Shown one piece after another: positions 12,843-24,894 of a stretch of 64,000 bases of DNA. The notes under the pieces were generated by a model. That model saw nothing but the letters and a program-made list of their open reading frames with translations. It made no database searches and was not told the DNA's origin. Where the stretch lies: positions 9,486,001-9,550,000 of the forward strand of contig JBHGNT010000004.1 of assembly GCA_043228905.1 (NCBI GenBank), in the 5' to 3' direction. Both the position numbers and the translations under genes were made by a program. This DNA is from Azolla caroliniana (Eukaryota > Plantae > Polypodiophyta). How positions within the stretch are numbered: position 1 is the stretch's first letter; every line of letters begins with the position of its first letter.

Positions 12843-13215
12843 TGTCATGGACAAGTATAATAGAGTAGAACAAAGATAAGACTAGAGAATAAGAGAGAGT
12901 AAAAGAACAAGAACTCAACTTATAGAACCTGTAACTTGTGTTGTTCACCTTGATTAGAATCAAGGTGCACATGAGTATTTATACAAGAAGGTAGGTCTAT
13001 GTAAGCCATCTAGAAATAGAGTATGCATGAGGATGCATGCAAGCTAGAAAATGAGAATACATGCAAGCTAGGAACTTCGAATGTTCAATCTACACTATAT
13101 GAAGTTGAATTAAATGTAAGGATGCATATGTAGCTCAAGTGGTAGGGTTGCCCAATAGAGACCATGAGGTCTTGGGTTCCATCCCTACCTTCTTTCGTGG
13201 CATATGTCTATGACA
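12843..13215 (-). mobile_element. 3' LTR of chromovirus D (copy at 28554-28926)
   Basis: TGTCATGG...CTATGACA; adjacent PPT (AGAGGGAGGATAA on minus); matches 47511-47738. Confidence 0.9.
13124..13207 (+). ncRNA. tRNA-like pseudo-tRNA module in the D LTR (copy at 28835-28918)
   Basis: GCATATG-TA-GCTC-AAGTGGTA-GGGT...AGGTC-TTGGG-TTCCATC-CCTA...CATATGT gives an A box, D arm, T arm and possible acceptor stem; the anticodon arm is degenerate. Confidence 0.6.
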
Positions 13216-13722
13216 TTATCCTCCCTCTAAGGCCGCCTCCTAACACCTGCCACCGGTTTATGGGGGTATCGTTGATGAAAAGCGCGAATTGCCTCCGGTG
13301 CATTTTGTAAATGTGTAATTGGTTCCCATGTGGCGTCCGAAAGAGGGTAACCTTTCCATAAGACCAGGTATTGAAGTCTGCTCGACGCAAGCGAGAGTCG
13401 AGGATCCAGTCAACCTCATACTCCTCACCTGTCGATAATTCCACGGGCGGCGGCGGAGGAGGTTGTCGTCCCGAAATGTGAGAAGGATGATAGAGTTCGA
13501 GGAGAGAGACGTGGAAAACATTGTGAAGCCGAAATGTGGGGGGAAGCGATAACCGGAAAGCGACTGGGTTAACACGCTCGAGGATACAGAATGGGCCTAG
13601 CTTTTAGTAGTCAAGCTTCGCACAGGGATGGGTGGTTGCGATGTGCCGACGTAGCAATCAAACCATGTCACCAACTGTGAAGGTCGGCACGACTAAGCGA
13701 TGTTGGTCAACGTGAGCTTTAT
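13216..13722 (-). pseudogene. D integrase C-terminus and chromodomain (copy at 28927-29433)
   Basis: [15 protein letters not shown] followed by a frameshifted [10 protein letters not shown]...TWEP. Confidence 0.85.
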
Positions 13723-14163
13723 TATTATAGATCTAGGTACTAAAGTAAGATTAAGATAAGGATAAAGAAATGAAAGATAGAAAGGAGAAAGAGAAAGAAG
13801 GGTGCCGATCCACCCGACCACCCCCGAGCGAAGGGATCGAGACGGACTCGAGCCTCGATCGGCGTCCCAGACCACCGTCGTGGCGTCGAGTCGTACCTGG
13901 TGCTGGCGCGCTCGCTACAAGAGTTGACCCACCACACAAGCAGAGTCTTGATGTAGTCAAAAGATGATCAAATGAGGGTAGCTAGGCCTCTTATTTATAG
14001 CGAAACCCAAGGCCCCCAGGCAAGTTCACACTTGACCTAATGGGTTGTCTCAATCCCGAGGATTAAAAGTAATCCTCCCCTTCTTTACACTCTCATTTAA
14101 CCCTCACACTTATCCACGTGTATAGAATACTACGGTAAATTCTTACCACGGGATATTATATGG

Positions 14164-17100
14164 TCATGCCCGTAACATACTCCCCCTCTTTAAAACATTG
14201 CACTCTTGCAATGGAAAGTTAGGGAAGTTAGTTCTAAGAGTATTTTCGCGTTCCCATGTGGCATCTTTTATTGATTTATCCATCCATTTTATTTTGAATT
14301 CTCGGATTTCTTTAGTACGTAATTTTTTTGTTTTAACATCGAGAATTCTTTCTGGTACATGTGGTTTAGAAGATAATTCGTCAGAAGTAACCAGAGTTTC
14401 AGTCGTAACTGTATTGTCGCCAGAACCTACAAGTTCTTTTAGACGACTCACATGAAAGACTGGATGAATTCCGACACCATCGGGAAGAGCGAGACGATAG
14501 GCTGATGACCCAATGCGTTTGAGGACTGTAAAAGGTCCACAAAACCGTGGGGCTAACTTAGCGCACTTACCCGTAGACAATGTCTTAGAATTGTGAGGTA
14601 CACGTAAAAATACCTTCTGTCCAGGGTTGAATACACGAGGGTGCCTATGATGATCGGCATAAAAACGCGCTCTATCTTGAGCTGTTTTTATATTATCTCG
14701 TGCAATATGCAACATATCTTGCATATCCCGAAGAAAGTTTTGCGTACTTCGCAACTCATCATGATGTATATTAACATCAATCGGGGCTCGTGGCTGAAAA
14801 CCATACATCAACATAAAAGGACTATATCCCGTCGACGTATGCTTGGAGCTGTTATAAGCAAACTCCAAAATTGGGAGATAACGTTCCCATTTTGTTGGTT
14901 TTGCACCAACGTATGCTCGAAGCATGTCCTCAATAATTTGATTTACTCGTTCTGTCTGTCCATCGGATTGAGGATGATCCGTGGAGCTCATGCTCAACGT
15001 AGTTTCTAACTTCTTAAAGACTTGTGTCCAGAAGTCACTAGTAAACTTTGGATCTCGATCACTCACGATATCCATCGGTAACCCATAAAAACAAAACAAT
15101 TCGTCAACGAATTGGTAAGCCAATTCAAGAGCTGTTACCGTGGTTTTAGTAGCAATAAATCTGGCCATTTTAGTTAGTCGATCAACGACAACCCAGATGG
15201 CATCATGACCTTTTTGGGTGCGAGGAAGGCTAACAATAAAATCCATGGATATACTTTCCCACTTATTATTGGGAATGTCCAAGGGATGTAAAAGTCCTGC
15301 GGCTTTAAGTCGCTCGGCTTTGTTAACCTGGCACTGGTGACATTTAGTCACATAGCTATGTATGTCAGGACGCATCTTAGGCCAATAAAATTGAGTGGAG
15401 ATGAGAACGAGTGTACGATGTATTCTAGGGTGCCCTGCTGAGGGTGCATCATGGCATTCAAAAAGAATCCTCTTTTTGACCTCGGGTAAATCTGGAACAC
15501 AAACCTTCCCATTACGGTAGAGCAAACCGTTAGCAATGTGGAAGTATTCCTTCAAGGATGTGGTGGTGTCTGTTCCAGACTCAACTCTAGCCCAATATTT
15601 TGCGAAATAACTGTCATCAGGATACTTTCCTCGAAGGTGATCATAAAGATCTGATGATATTGCAGTGAAGCTAAGCATGTTAACTTCACGGATGCGACTT
15701 AGTGCATCAGCGACAGTGTTCATGGAACCTTTACGATATCGTATGGAAAAATCAAAGTCCTGGATGAGATCAGCCCATCGTGCCTTACGACCTTTCAGGT
15801 CTTGTTGGTCACAAAAATATTTCAAGGACTCGTGGTCCGTAGTTACCACAAAGTGATTTCCATAAAGATAATGGCGCCATGTTTTGAGCGCATGTATAAC
15901 TGCAAATAATTCCTTTTCTTGAACGGTATACCGACATTGAGCAGAATCAAGTTTCTTACTCTCGAATGCTATTGGTTTACCATCTTGATACAAGACAACA
16001 CCTATAGCATAATCGCTTGCATCGGTTTCAACCTCAAAAGGTTTTGAAGGATCGGGTAAAAGAAGTGAAGGAGCCTTGCAAACCAGGTCCTTGAGTTCCT
16101 TAAAGGCAAGGTCTAGTGTAGCATTCCACACAATAGGTTTTGTAGACTTACGCGTTTGACCTTTTAAAAGATCAGTAAACGGCGTCGTCAATTGGGAGTA
16201 ATTACGAAGAGACTTTCGCAAAAACCCCACAAAACCAAGGAATGATCGAACTTCTCGAATATTCCGAAGAGTGGGCCAGAGCTTGATTTTCTCAATGCGA
16301 GAAGGATCAATTTCAACTCCTCGTTCGGTTATGAGATGTCCTAGATAAGTAATTGATTTCTTGAAGAACTCACATTTTGAGATCTTCGCATAAAACTGTT
16401 TGTCACGCAATGTTTGTAAAACAAAGCGGACATGTCTAGCATGTTCTTGTAATGTACGGCTATAAACTAAAATATCATCCAAGAAAATAACGACAAATTT
16501 TCCAAGTTGTTCTCGGAAAATGTCATTCATTTCTTGTTGAAAAGTAGCCGGAGCATTGGTCAAACCAAAAGGCATAACCAAAAACTCGTAATGGCCATAG
16601 CGCGTACGAAATGCCGTTTTAGGAACATCGTCCTCACTTATTCGTATTTGATGGTAGCCAGTACGGAGATCAAGTTTCGTAAAATACCGAGCTCCCTGGA
16701 GACGGTCAATTAGATCGTCAGCCCGAGGCAATGGATACGAATTCTTGATCGTCACTTTATTCAAGCGTCGGTAATTAATACACATACGCCATGTGCCCTC
16801 TTTCTTTTTAACCAAGAGAACTGGTGCACCCCATGGAGATTTACTATAACGTATATAACCCATTCGTAAATAGTCCTTGAGTTGCTTAGATACCTCATCT
16901 TCTTCGGATCGACTTAAGCGATACGGAGGTATACTTATTGGTGCAACACCGGGTACAATATCTATACGATGGTCTATATTACGTTTAGGGGGTAACCCAT
17001 TAGGTAGTTCACTTGGAAAAACATCATGAAAATCATTTAAGATTTCATCAAGTTGTTGTTGTTCAAAATATGTTAATTGAATCGGGACATTATCGATATT

Positions 17101-18597
17101 GTAAACGTGAATGTCCGGATCAAGTACACAATAAAATAACGTAGAACAAGACAACTCGGATATTGATGGACATGAGGAAACAATCGAGAGGGATTGTTTT
17201 TTTACACATTGAATAAAATGCGTACAATCGTTTAGTACAAAAGAAATGGAATGACGAACCCAATCAATAAATAAAGAAGAGTTTTTATTATAAAACCAGG
17301 GATAACCCAGTATTACATCGGTGGTACAAAGATTCATTACATGGAAGTCTACTTCCTCTATATAAGTATCAATAGAAATTCCTAATGAATGAATCGCCTC
17401 GTTGATGTATTGTACTCTTCCATCAGCCAAGTGCACCGTGTAGGTGTGATCACTTACGGTGGGTTGGATTCCCCATATCTGAACCAAACGATCATTCACA
17501 AAATTGTGTGAGCTTCCCGAATCAAATAAAAACTGTACGGGAGATCCATTGATATACCCGTTTGCACGTAGTAAATCATTGGGACCCAATACATAGTGAG
17601 GGAAAGAACATTGACAATTACTTAAATGATGTGTATAGACCTGAAGGACATTAGGAATCTGACCTTTATGGTCTGCAGCTTTAGCTTTGTTGTCGTGCTC
17701 TTTCCGTTGGAGCTTTCGACATTGATCTTTTGTATGACCCTTCTTTTTGCAGAATACACAAAAAGGATGTTGTCGCTTACAATCGCGATCCAGGAATTTG
17801 TTGGGTGTCTTGCGTTTCCCAACAAATTGCGACTGCTTAGTCCCGGGCGCTTCGTTGGGTTTGTTATGGTCCTTCTTCGAAGTGCGTTGATAGCGAAGAA
17901 CTATTTCAACGGCCTCTTCGAAGGATTTTGGATCCTTATCGTGCACTATCCAGTGATAGTCCGAATTGGGGATGCCATTGACAAAACAAGCTATCAACCA
18001 ATTGTCCCCTTCTAGACCCGATTTTTGGATTTGGGTTCTAGCATGGTGAACATAGTCTTCTAGCGAGGAAAATTTCCTGCTAGAGAGGTTCATTAAAGCT
18101 TGTGCTGCCTCGGTTCGAGAGGGAGGTTGCAGAAATTGGCCCTTAAAAACCGTGACAAAATCTGTCCAGGTATCGGGCAATTTCCCCATAGTACGGAGGC
18201 CACGCCACCAGGCGGCGGCCTTACCCCCGAGTTCTCGACCGACATATGCAATCTTCGTACTATCTGGCGTGGGATAGAGCTCAAAATGAGACTCCCATCG
18301 TCCCAGCCATGTGCAGATTGCTTCTTCGGTTCTTTCCTTTTTGTCTCCCGTAAATGGCTTAACGACAAATGATGGTTCACCTTGTCGCTCATCAGGTCTA
18401 TTAGTCTCACGTTGTAGACTAATGACACGTGCCTCAAGAGCACTCTGAGATTGCCGAAGTTCGGTCATCTGTTGAGCGGTGAAACTAAGGTATTGGGTTA
18501 TTTGTGCCAAATACATCTCAGTGGACATTTGTCCAGGAGGATTCCCTTGAGTTCCTTCCGCTTGAGCGGATGACATCGGGTTGTTAATTTGAGCCAT
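14164..18597 (-). CDS. Single-ORF Gag-Pol polyprotein (1477 aa): gag-CCHC, protease, RT, RNase H, integrase, chromodomain
   Basis: [50 protein letters not shown] and PERILD...IKW...ATWE. Confidence 0.97.
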   Translation of the reverse strand: MAQINNPMSSAQAEGTQGNPPGQMSTEMYLAQITQYLSFTAQQMTELRQSQSALEARVISLQRETNRPDERQGEPSFVVKPFTGDKKERTEEAICTWLGRWESHFELYPTPDSTKIAYVGRELGGKAAAWWRGLRTMGKLPDTWTDFVTVFKGQFLQPPSRTEAAQALMNLSSRKFSSLEDYVHHARTQIQKSGLEGDNWLIACFVNGIPNSDYHWIVHDKDPKSFEEAVEIVLRYQRTSKKDHNKPNEAPGTKQSQFVGKRKTPNKFLDRDCKRQHPFCVFCKKKGHTKDQCRKLQRKEHDNKAKAADHKGQIPNVLQVYTHHLSNCQCSFPHYVLGPNDLLRANGYINGSPVQFLFDSGSSHNFVNDRLVQIWGIQPTVSDHTYTVHLADGRVQYINEAIHSLGISIDTYIEEVDFHVMNLCTTDVILGYPWFYNKNSSLFIDWVRHSISFVLNDCTHFIQCVKKQSLSIVSSCPSISELSCSTLFYCVLDPDIHVYNIDNVPIQLTYFEQQQLDEILNDFHDVFPSELPNGLPPKRNIDHRIDIVPGVAPISIPPYRLSRSEEDEVSKQLKDYLRMGYIRYSKSPWGAPVLLVKKKEGTWRMCINYRRLNKVTIKNSYPLPRADDLIDRLQGARYFTKLDLRTGYHQIRISEDDVPKTAFRTRYGHYEFLVMPFGLTNAPATFQQEMNDIFREQLGKFVVIFLDDILVYSRTLQEHARHVRFVLQTLRDKQFYAKISKCEFFKKSITYLGHLITERGVEIDPSRIEKIKLWPTLRNIREVRSFLGFVGFLRKSLRNYSQLTTPFTDLLKGQTRKSTKPIVWNATLDLAFKELKDLVCKAPSLLLPDPSKPFEVETDASDYAIGVVLYQDGKPIAFESKKLDSAQCRYTVQEKELFAVIHALKTWRHYLYGNHFVVTTDHESLKYFCDQQDLKGRKARWADLIQDFDFSIRYRKGSMNTVADALSRIREVNMLSFTAISSDLYDHLRGKYPDDSYFAKYWARVESGTDTTTSLKEYFHIANGLLYRNGKVCVPDLPEVKKRILFECHDAPSAGHPRIHRTLVLISTQFYWPKMRPDIHSYVTKCHQCQVNKAERLKAAGLLHPLDIPNNKWESISMDFIVSLPRTQKGHDAIWVVVDRLTKMARFIATKTTVTALELAYQFVDELFCFYGLPMDIVSDRDPKFTSDFWTQVFKKLETTLSMSSTDHPQSDGQTERVNQIIEDMLRAYVGAKPTKWERYLPILEFAYNSSKHTSTGYSPFMLMYGFQPRAPIDVNIHHDELRSTQNFLRDMQDMLHIARDNIKTAQDRARFYADHHRHPRVFNPGQKVFLRVPHNSKTLSTGKCAKLAPRFCGPFTVLKRIGSSAYRLALPDGVGIHPVFHVSRLKELVGSGDNTVTTETLVTSDELSSKPHVPERILDVKTKKLRTKEIREFKIKWMDKSIKDATWERENTLRTNFPNFPLQECNVLKRGSMLRA

Positions 18598-19777
18598 TAA
18601 AGATTATTTCTGGAAAAGAAATAGGATAAGGTCAGAGATATAGTCATAACATCATGTCGTGATGTAAACATATCATGGGCGAGCATTAATCGATATCATT
18701 ATCTCACGTCAATACCCCTCTAGACGTATGAGATGAGGTTCAAGATCAGGTTACTATGGTAACACAAAGGTGTTTTAAAAACCATGGGGGTGACAAATAA
18801 ATGTCTTTCCCTGATCTCTATATCGATTTTTTCATGGTGGCTCCCCGAGGCTCAACCATGTATGTTCGCGTCATGAATAGTTTATACACGAAAAAAATGT
18901 TAACAATAAACTATGTTTCGGTGCCCACATAAGTGGTTTCGGCTCTTTAAGTCCTATTACGAGGACCCCGAGGTGCACTTAGACCTTAAGTCTAAACATG
19001 TGTTATAGTCATATGTATCAAGGATGTTGTATGGTCTTTGTCATATTTGAACTCGAGACCTCGAGAACAAATACATTAAACACTTGAGCCAACCAAGTAA
19101 GTTGCTCTTCTCGAATGCTTAATGTTTGATGCGTATAAGAGATATGCGAGGCAATTGATCATATATGTTTTTTTAAAAGAACATATATGTCAAGGGTCCT
19201 TATTGCGCCCTCATTTACCAAAACTATGTTGGTACGTTACCTAACCTCAAGTCTCGTAATTACGATGGCATACGCCAAAGTGCAACCTAATGGTCAAGCC
19301 AAATGAGCCCTTGTTTCGTAGTAGGCTCACGTGGGCCATCACATGGTCACGTCATTACGAATGCCTCTCATAAGAACGAGCTCATGGTGGCATCGTATCC
19401 ATGTAACGAGGGAGGGATGTTGGATACGTGCGTCATTGGAGCGACCTCACTTGAAGTGGGTCAAGCCCTACGTACTCAACATCATTTTGGCTATTCGCGT
19501 TTCTTTACGTAACGAAATCGAGGTCGTCAACGGGGTTATCAACAATAAAAAAAATGTTGAAAAAGGGATGGTGACAACACCATTCTCACAAAAATGTGAG
19601 GACGGCCACCAACATCCTTTTCCCGATAAGGACAACTTTCGATATAATCACGTAATAACGAATATAAACATATGTTTACTTATCACATATATACGATCAA
19701 ATACGTATATATGTGACCACATATGCCTATATTAAACATATCGTTATATTAAATAGCCACAAATGATGTGATCGAGA

Positions 19778-20035
19778 TACGTAATCGAGGTATATACCTC
19801 TACGCACACGAAACATCCACAAATAAGAAATCATCGTAATACGCAATGGAGGTATTGACCTCTTACGCATACGAGACCAAACGCATATCGTTTACAGCAA
19901 ATCAAGGTATTAAACTCATACGCAAACGTAACATATGTTCGTGAACGTAATACGTAATTGAGGTATTAACCTCGTACGCATACGACACTCATCACATATT
20001 ATCAATATGTCAAACGAGGTATTGACCTCATGCAC
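19778..20035 (-). repeat. Array of five ~56-bp-spaced hairpin repeats in the E 5' leader (copy at 35489-35746)
   Basis: Cores GAGGTAT(A/T)(T/G/A)ACCTC (third one degenerate) at 19787, 19849, 19904, 19960 and 20016. Confidence 0.85.
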
Positions 20036-20741
20036 ATATGTAAACGTTTTAGATAATCAATTAAAGACCACTACAACATCATTGACTTAATGAAAAAAAT
20101 TACATATAAACTAAACACATGATTAGATGGGAGAAGAGAGAATAGAAAGAAAAATTATGGAAAGAGTTACCGAAGTTCTTTGTTGATCGTTGTCTGGATC
20201 AAGGCCAACCGCACAACGATCGATCAGCATCAATCAAAAGACAAATGAAAAACAAAGAAACATTAGTACAAAAATCTGATACCAAATATTATAGATCTAG
20301 GTACTAAAGTAAGCTTAAGATAAGGATAAAGAAATGAAAGATAGAAAGGAGAAAGAGAAAGAAGGGTGCCGATCCACCCGACCACCCCCGAGCGAAGGGA
20401 TCGAGACGGACTCGAGCCTCGATCGGCGTCCCATACCACCGTCGTGGCGTCGAGTCGTACCTGGTGCTGGCGCGCTCGCTACAAGAGTTGACCCACCACA
20501 TGAACAGAGTCTCGATGTAGTCAAAAGATGATCAAATGAGGGTAGCTAGGCCTCTTATTTATAGCGAAACCCAAGGCCCCCAGGCAAGTTCACACTTGAC
20601 CTAATGGGTTGTCTCAATCCCGAGGATTAAAAGTAATCCTCCCCTTCTTTACACTCTCATTTAACCCTCACACTTATCCACGTGTATAGAATACTACGGT
20701 AAATTCTTACCACGGGATATTATATGGTCATGCCCGTAACA

Positions 20742-21615
20742 TTTATACTGTTTGCCAATGGCACGGAGCTCGAGGGCGAGTTCACGATGAACATCTTGTA
20801 AGGTGTGGGCATGCTTCTCGGCCGACGGATTGATGGATATCGCCGGAATGGAAATGTTGAACCGAGGGTGGAAACCGTAATTTGCAAAGAATGGAGAAAC
20901 CTTAGTTGAGGCATGGATACTGTTATTGTAGGCAAATTCCGCCATGGCAAGGAGGTCCACCCAATCGTCTTGTTGGTAGCTAACTATACACCGGAGGTAT
21001 TGTTTGAGGATTTGGTTGACTCTTTCGGTTTGACCATCCATTTGAGGGTGGTGTGTGGTTGAAAAGTTCATAGAAGTCCCGAATGTGAAGTCGGCGCCAA
21101 AAGTGGGAGATAAATTGAGGACCTCGATCAGAAGTGACATCCTCAAGCAAACCGTATAACCAGACGACATTTTTCTAGAAAAAGGGTAGCTGTCTCCTCC
21201 CCCAAAATGGTTTTCGAATATGGGACAAAGAAAGCCATCTTTGAAAACCGATCAACGACCACTAGCACTGTCTCATTGTCACCGACTTGAGGAAGGTCGG
21301 TGATAAAGTCCATGGAGAGAGAAGCCCAAGGTCAATTGGGGATTGGAAGTGGGTGTAGAAGGTCGTATGGACGATGGTGAGCCGCTTTGGAGCGAGCACA
21401 GATGTCACAAGTTTTGATAAATTCTTTGACCAATTTCCAAGGTTGAGGCCACCAAAACCCTCGAGAAAGCAATGCCAACGTTTTGGCGACCCCAAAGTGT
21501 CCGACACAAGGATCATCATGGCGAGTTTGTAGAACTCGGAGGCGATATGGGCCAGCTGGTACTTAAAGGAGGTGATTACGATAGAGTGGCCCATCTTGAG
21601 TTCTAAAGTGACTGA
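20742..21615 (-). pseudogene. D integrase core (copy at 36453-37326)
   Basis: [22 protein letters not shown]...AEFAYNNS, frameshifted. Confidence 0.9.
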
Positions 21616-22044
21616 TATTATAGATCTAAGTACTAAAGTAAGCTTAAGATAAGGATAAAGTAATAATAGATAGAAAGGAGAAAGAGAAAGAAGGGTTTCG
21701 ATCCACCCGACCACCCCCGAGCGAAGGGATCAAGACGGACTCGAGCCTCGATCGGCGTCCCATACCACCGCCGTGGCGTCGAGTCGTACCTGGTGCTGGC
21801 GCGCTCGCTACAAGAGTTGACCCACCACACGAGCAGAGTCTCGATGTAGTCAAAAGATGATCCAATGAGGGTAGCTAGGCCTCTTATTTATAGCAATACC
21901 CAAGGCCCCCAGGTAAGATCACACTTGACCTAATGGGTTGTCTCAATCCCGAGGATTAAAATTAATCCTCCCCTTCTTTACACTCTCGTTTAACCCTCAC
22001 ACTTATGCACGTGTATAGAATACTACGGTAAATTCTTACCACGG
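21616..22044 (-). mobile_element. Solo LTR of family E split by the A-B-A unit (copy at 37327-37755; remainder at 44283-44308)
   Basis: Same sequence as the E LTRs; TSD ACTGA at 37322-37326 (21611-21615) and 44309-44313. Confidence 0.92.
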
Positions 22045-22751
22045 TGTCGTGATGTGGCATGTCTAGTGCGAGAAAAACTCAAAAATTGAGGATCCACACA
22101 CATTTCACGAATACTTGTAAAAATGAAAATAAATAAACCTAGGTCACAATGGCATTGAGTGCATGTAGAGGGTTGCAAGTAAGATTTGAACCTTGCACCT
22201 CTACGGTAAGAGGCAATTACCTTACCACTAAAGCTACTACTAAGCGCTTTAGATGTTCTATATTTCTTTCTCATATTCAGTATTCCGTAGGAAACAAACG
22301 AACAAAACCGTGTACACAAAACCACGGTTTTAAGCCCATGGTTTCCTGCATGTCACAAAGCAAAACTGTGTGCACAAAAACCATGGCTCCAAGCCCATGG
22401 TTTTGTGCATGGACAAACCTATAAAACCCCTAGTACGGCTTGTGTAAGGGGGGGCTCAATATGATATGACCATCATCATCACCATCAATAATATAAGCTT
22501 CTATTTCTTCTTCTTCGCATCTATCTTGTAATTATTTATCTACTTCTTAAAGTGTACAATCTTCAATCTTCTCAAGTGTAATAGTTCTTCCTCCAATCTT
22601 ACATTCACATCATCCTCTTCTCAATACCTTGACGGACATCCTCCTTGGTCCAAGACCCCGGTGGTCCCGCTCAAGCGAAGCACGCTCGCACGCGCATCTT
22701 CGCGACATCATTTGGTGAACCCGATGTGAAGAGTAGTAGGGGAGGACGAAG

Positions 22752-24739
22752 ATGGATGGCGAATATCTCATGGAGGCAATGTCAAAAAGGATGATGGAGT
22801 TTCTGAGAGAAGGGAAAAGAAGAAATGAAGCCCAACAAGCCGTCGACAAGGTAGTCGAACGAATGAGCTATTTCAACGGTGCCGAAGTCCAAAGTTTCCT
22901 AAAAGTCTACAATGCGGAGATGGATTCAAGAGGTGTGGACAAAGCTATGAGGCTAGAGTACTTTTGTCGGGTGGTGTCTCAACCGATCTTCAAAGATGTA
23001 AAAGAGCTTCTAGAAGCTCATGATTCGTGGGCGACTTTCGAGAAGGCTCTATTGGAGGAATATGGCTATGAGAGACTGAAGGGACGAGATCGACGCAACT
23101 TCGACCAATGGGTGACATCAGCGAAGACCCACCAAGGTGCGACACAAGCATTCGTAGACTTCGAGCATCATTTTTCTCAATTGTCGGAGCGGGAACAAAG
23201 ATTGGTGGGGGTCGATAAGGTCCTTATGTTCGTGAAGTCAATCGATCGAATGGAAAGGATGGCGATCGGCCTCAAACTCGAAGAAGATGATGGTGCAAAT
23301 GGCCTCATCGAGGATTGGAGCAAAGTGGAAAGTGTATGCCGACTACACGATAAGGGGAAAGCGAGAATATCGACGACAACAAGACGGCCCATGAGGGACG
23401 ATCGAAGAGGGACGAGATGCAACAACGCGCCACCAACAAAAGAAATGAAGCTTAGAAGGGAGACAAAACCGAGGCGAATGGTGATCGAGGAAGAAGAGAC
23501 CTCCCAACAAATGCGGGTTAATGAAGTGGCCGATACAAAGGCTCTGGTTCGGTATGACGGTACCGAGAGAGAAGGTGTGAAACAAGTCACCTTCTTGTCT
23601 TACAAAGAAACGACGGCGAAGGAGGAGGCCGATGACTCGAGGACGGCGAACGCCACTTCGAGGGAGGATAAATGTTTCGGAACACGCATTGTGTACGAAA
23701 CATCGGGTGATGACGGCGCAAGCATGAGAAAAGCTTGCATGATCGAGGGAGAAAAAGTGTTTGAGTCTGAAGAGATTGAGGAGGTAGCCATGACAAACGA
23801 CATCGAGTCGGAGGTGGCTATGGACGAGTCGACAACGGATAGCCATGTCAAGACTTCTCCACGATTGTTCCAGAGACTTCGGCGGTTGCGCCCGTGTGCC
23901 AACGTGAGACCAGAGAGACGGAAGGTGGTGACGGGAAGATAAAGGCCCAACACAAAGAGGAAGAAGATCGAGGAAGAAAGGATATCCCCACACCTATTCT
24001 AGAGACTTCGGCGGTTGTGCACGTGCGCCAACGTGAGACCGGAGAGACAGAATGTGTGGACAAAAAAGAGGACGACTGGAAGGGCGATGAAGAAGACAAG
24101 GTAAATGTAAATGAACGAAGGGATTCCTTCACACTGGTTCCGGAGACTTCGGCAGTCGAGACCGTGTGTCGACATAAGACCGAAGATAAAGGAGGTGGCG
24201 AAGAGGAGACAATATGGCTCGAGGCGAGCATACACGGAGGGAAGGATATGGCCGACGTGGAGGCCAAGGATGAAGCTACGGTTGAGTTCGATGGAGAGGT
24301 TGCATGCGGGAAGGAAGGAAGAGTCGAGAACCGGTTGAACCGGAAGATGATCCGGCCGGGATTCCGACCCGAACGAAGGAAGATCCACATGGGAGCCGAT
24401 CGACCGGGGCCGACCCGGCCGAAACCTGATTCGGCGAAAATCGATCGGACGATTCCGATCCAAAAGGGGGCCGACCCAGCCAGAATCAATCGGTCGAGCC
24501 CGACTCGGGGAAATGTGAATGCAGACGAAGGCCAACCAAGCCAAGAAGCGATCGGTGGAGACCGATCCGGACAAGGGCAAACCCAGCCTAATCGGAGATC
24601 GACACGAACGATCTACAATACCCAGTTGAAGACGGTGAGCGTGAGGAGTGGCCAGGAGTCCAATCGAAGGACACGCGCCGTGGACGAAGGAAGAGCGGTC
24701 GTATCGATCTACTACAACCGATCGGGGAAGAAGGTGTGA
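22752..24739 (+). pseudogene. ORF A: gag/capsid-like N-terminus plus acidic ETSAV repeats, one frameshift near 23870 (copy at 38463-40450)
   Basis: ORFs 22752-23942 and 23894-24739 together are collinear with the 624-aa ORF B. Confidence 0.75.
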
Positions 24740-24894
24740 GCACCGGATATGGTGGATCGGGTGGCTACGGTGGTTCGGTTGGAAAGATTGCGCATCGTTC
24801 GGTAGATCTACTACAACCGATCGGGGAAGAAGGTGTGAGCACCGGATATGGTGGATCGGGTGGCTACGGTGGTTCGGTTGGAAAGATTGCGCAT
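24706..24894. repeat. 99-bp tandem duplication in the 3' region of A (copy at 40417-40605)
   Basis: gatctactacaaccgatcggggaagaaggtgtgagc...gattgcgcat occurs twice. Confidence 0.92.

Larger units (their letters stand above)
13723..20741 (-). mobile_element. Full-length chromovirus E (LTRs 13723-14177 and 20287-20741, TSD TTTAT, iMet PBS, PPT)
   Basis: 455-bp LTRs with about 6 differences; TTTAT at 13718-13722 and 20742-20746; PBS TGGTATCAGA at about 20275-20284; PPT AAGAGGGGGAGTA at 14178-14190. Confidence 0.97.

Noticed and set aside
13124-13207. Functional tRNA gene
   Set aside because: Anticodon stem does not pair, there is a 12-nt insertion before the 3' acceptor strand and no T-run terminator; treated as tRNA-like only.
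19778-20035. CRISPR array (palindromic repeats with variable spacers)
   Set aside because: Repeats are degenerate, lie in a eukaryotic retrotransposon leader and have no cas genes nearby; kept as a hairpin array.
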